DNA of 52,444 nucleotides, filler included, from Catajapyx aquilonaris (lineage: Eukaryota), in NCBI GenBank assembly GCA_000934665.2. It is 3 parts of 3 records of this genome, joined end to end, with 100 filler letters (N's around TTAATTAATTAA, not from the genome) between each part and the next. Parts side by side here need not be neighbours in the genome. Positions count along the whole stretch, not along the records: positions 35,106 to 52,444 come from JYFJ02006969.1; 2 more parts are not named here. One strand, written 5' to 3'. Each line of letters opens with the position of its first letter. Position 1 is the stretch's first letter. The translations under genes were made by a program, and so were the position numbers. Positions 49,931-52,444 of the stretch are shown here, piece by piece. The notes under the pieces are model-generated. The model was not told the DNA's origin, did no database searches, and saw only the letters and a program-made list of their open reading frames with translations.

Positions 49931-50616
49931 CTGCAATGAAAACATTACAATTTGACTCGCCATAATGCAACTAGTATACAATTAACAATGGAGCAATCTG
50001 GGCAGAAACCACCATGTTACTTTGCATCACAAGCCACAATAATATTATTCTGGTTGACCTTCTTATTGAGCCATAGTTCATTTCATTCAATGTAATCCAA
50101 CCTAATCTATTCTACTACATGCAGGTCAACCAGTGGGTTATTTACAACGTGCTTGGGTAATGCTGTTTGCACCATAATCATTTCTTGAATTAACAATCTA
50201 ATACATATTTCTCGACATATATATCTGTCTGTCTGTCTCTCTGTCTGATACCGATGGAAATCCATACGGAGGCCTCGACATATGCCCCAGGGGAATGATT
50301 AGGGGTAGTTTTTAACTGGGAAGGTCATAAGCACATTGGACTTGACCTCCAAGGTCATCCTTGGCCGCAGGAGGCGAAAAGGACTTTGGGACATTGGCCC
50401 CCCTTCTAATCATACTCATTGTGGTGTAAACAACTCCTCTGTTGAGTTGTCGGGGAAACTGTCCGAAGGCCGGAGGGGTCACATTGCCCTCTCCCCATGC
50501 TGCCACCTCCAGCCCCTCAGTTCGCATTTCGGTCGCCTTGCCAGACGGACGCACTGCTGAGTTGTCCTCGAATTCAGTGTATTGTCGTTTGCTTCATGTC
50601 TCCCCCGTGTGTTATT

Positions 50617-50682
50617 ACATTTCTACGTGGTGTCTGTACTATGTTCAGTACTGAACATAGTACAGACACCACGTAGAAATGT
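50617..50682. repeat. Perfect 66-bp palindrome with no spacer, intronic
   Basis: ACATTTCTACGTGGTGTCTGTACTATGTTCAGT|ACTGAACATAGTACAGACACCACGTAGAAATGT. Confidence 0.95.
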
Positions 50683-51117
50683 GTGTTTTGTACTCACATT
50701 GGTTGCACTTTGTTCGAGCTTACACATTGTCGCCTTGGTTGCGAGAGTGATCACTACTAGATTCAGTGACTGCACCTACCGGTGTACACTATCAATATCG
50801 ACACCCCACCCATTTTAAGATCCCCCCCCCCTCCCAAAAAAAAAAGAATTGCATTGGCAGAAGCTCATCGCGTACACGCAGAGTTTGGCCGAGGAGGGAC
50901 CAAGAGACTGAGAAAGAACACCAGCAGGGACGTCTCAGTGCTGATGCCACCAGACGCTCAGCCAGCAGACAAAAAGAGTCTGCTGAACATTATATCCTTG
51001 TATGATACAGTAGGCCTATACTGCCTTTAAAGCTGGTAAAAACTGTTGACATTTTAGATCACTTTTGGAACCCCATTCTCACCCAGTCATGCAAACATGT
51101 CCATTCTGCCTTCTCAC

Positions 51118-51324
51118 CTGTCTTTGCCTTCCTCCATCTCCACTCCTGGTTGCCTCCTCCACTGGTTCCACCTTGACCCTGTCCCACCTTGAATGGGTCG
51201 TGTTGTGTGCCAGCAGATCAATCCTCCTTCTAAAGACTTTGTTGGGGCACTGGGGACATGGGAAACTTCCCAATTTCAGCATGTCCATGGCTGGGATGGG
51301 TCTCTTCTCGGTCTTGTTCTGTAA
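51118..51324 (-). CDS. Upstream exon of the ZF gene (atypical finger + VKVEP)
   Basis: TTTTCCTTTTGCACAG acceptor at 51325, ATG at 51288, encodes FPCPQCPNKVFRRRIDLLAHNTTH...VKVEP, phase-0 donor CAG|GTGAGA at 51117; homologous to 39954-40301. Confidence 0.75.
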
Positions 51325-51646
51325 CTGTGCAAAAGGAAAAACAAGTTCAGTGTGATGTGATCCTTTTTGAAATGCAGGTTATGCACCATGATTTCAATTC
51401 AATTGATTATAACATGGTCCAACATTTATGGAGAAACAGCCCAAAGAAAGGCTTGAAAAATTCTAGTAACAATTTGCAAAAAGAAATTATCTGCATGCCC
51501 CTGAGAGATGTACACAAGGTATTACTGCTGAATGTGCTCAATATTGACAGCTAAATTTGACTACTCTCCCTGACCAATCAGCGTAGCACAATGACTGATA
51601 AAAGCATAAGTTACGCAAAACTTTTTTAGCTGTTTATAAATCTTAA

Positions 51647-52233
51647 CCCTCAGAGCCCAACAAGATTTTTTAAAAAATAGATTTTCAGTAAATGACCCCA
51701 AAACAATGTTACAATAAAAGATTACATAGGAAATTTACACATAAATGCCTAGCTGAGACTTGGGGCTCTTCAAATATCAAATATATACAAATTATGATAA
51801 TTTGGTAGTCACATGACTATGTCGGCCATTTTGAATCTATAATTTTGTGTTAACGAATGGCAATCAATATTAACTCATATTTCTCAAGTTAATCATCAAA
51901 ACTCAGCCACATTTTTTTGAGTAATACAGTCTGTAGCCCTAATTTACAAATGCAATCAAGAAATATAACAAAAGTATGGCAAGCCAGAATAGAAAGCAAG
52001 AGCTTGGTACATGCTGCCATCTGTTTTTACCGAAAAAAATCACTGTTTTGAAAGAATTTTAACAAAGTTTAGTACCGCCCACGGTCGTAGAGGGCAAGCC
52101 AGTGTCTATGGACATACCTGCCCTATGTTGTTAAAACAAATATCAATCCCTACATTTTATCCAGAAGCACGTGGTGTTGATCTAAAAATATAAAGGCACA
52201 AATGCGATATACCGGCCAGCAGGGTTCTGAAGG
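51647..52233. mobile_element. piggyBac-like non-autonomous element
   Basis: TTAA|CCCTCAGAGCCC ... GGGTTCTGAAGG|TTAA: imperfect 12-bp TIRs with a TTAA duplication. Confidence 0.55.
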
Positions 52234-52348
52234 TTAATAGTTATTCAGCCACCACAAAAGTTCCCAGAGTTAATAGCAAACAATCGTACTCTAGAAACTC
52301 TAGAAAATATTACCAAAATAGTCTCCTTATGTACAATATTATTTCATT

Positions 52349-52444
52349 GGGGGGAGACGGAGTGGCGCCGCGGTAACGCGCGCGCCCACGGAAGTTAAGG
52401 TCCCGGGTTCAATCCCCACCCGGGGTTCCCACCTTCTTTCGTGC
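52349..52444 (+). mobile_element. tRNA-derived SINE head running off the window end
   Basis: A-box-like TGGCGCCGCGGT (~52363) and B box GGTTCAATCCC (52406-52416); similar to the element at 18904-19140. Confidence 0.65.

Noticed and set aside
50860..51010. Peptide VLMPPDAQPADKKSLLNIIS resembling a DNA-transposase C-terminal fragment
   Set aside because: Too short and degenerate to support without a search.
52349..52444. Functional tRNA gene
   Set aside because: A and B boxes present but no convincing cloverleaf; resembles the SINE at 18904-19140.

Overview
Eukaryotic (invertebrate, probably arthropod-like) genomic DNA with spliceosomal introns. Two identical 100-bp artificial spacers (44 N + TTAATTAATTAA + 44 N, at 17347-17446 and 35006-35105) split the window into three segments that may not be neighbours in the genome. 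Segment 1 (1-17346) carries the 5' part of a KCNQ (Kv7) potassium channel gene: two clear coding exons plus candidate alternative 5' exons. Segment 2 (17447-35005) has no recognisable gene and is made of SINE/MITE remnants, satellites, cryptic low-complexity repeats and palindromes. Segment 3 (35106-52444) holds the most interesting content. First, a tandem pair of paralogous genes that the ORF track fragments. Manual splicing of the complete copy (4 exons, 37934-39238, 239 aa) gives a secreted, highly divergent lipocalin-like protein (signal peptide, GxWY motif, four mature-chain cysteines); the other copy is cut at its 5' end by the spacer. Second, an inverted, tail-to-tail pair of C2H2 zinc-finger genes, one intact (15-finger array plus two upstream single-finger exons) and one pseudogenised, separated by a Sola2-like transposase remnant. 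All gene models come from reading the sequence by eye; no database searches were run.
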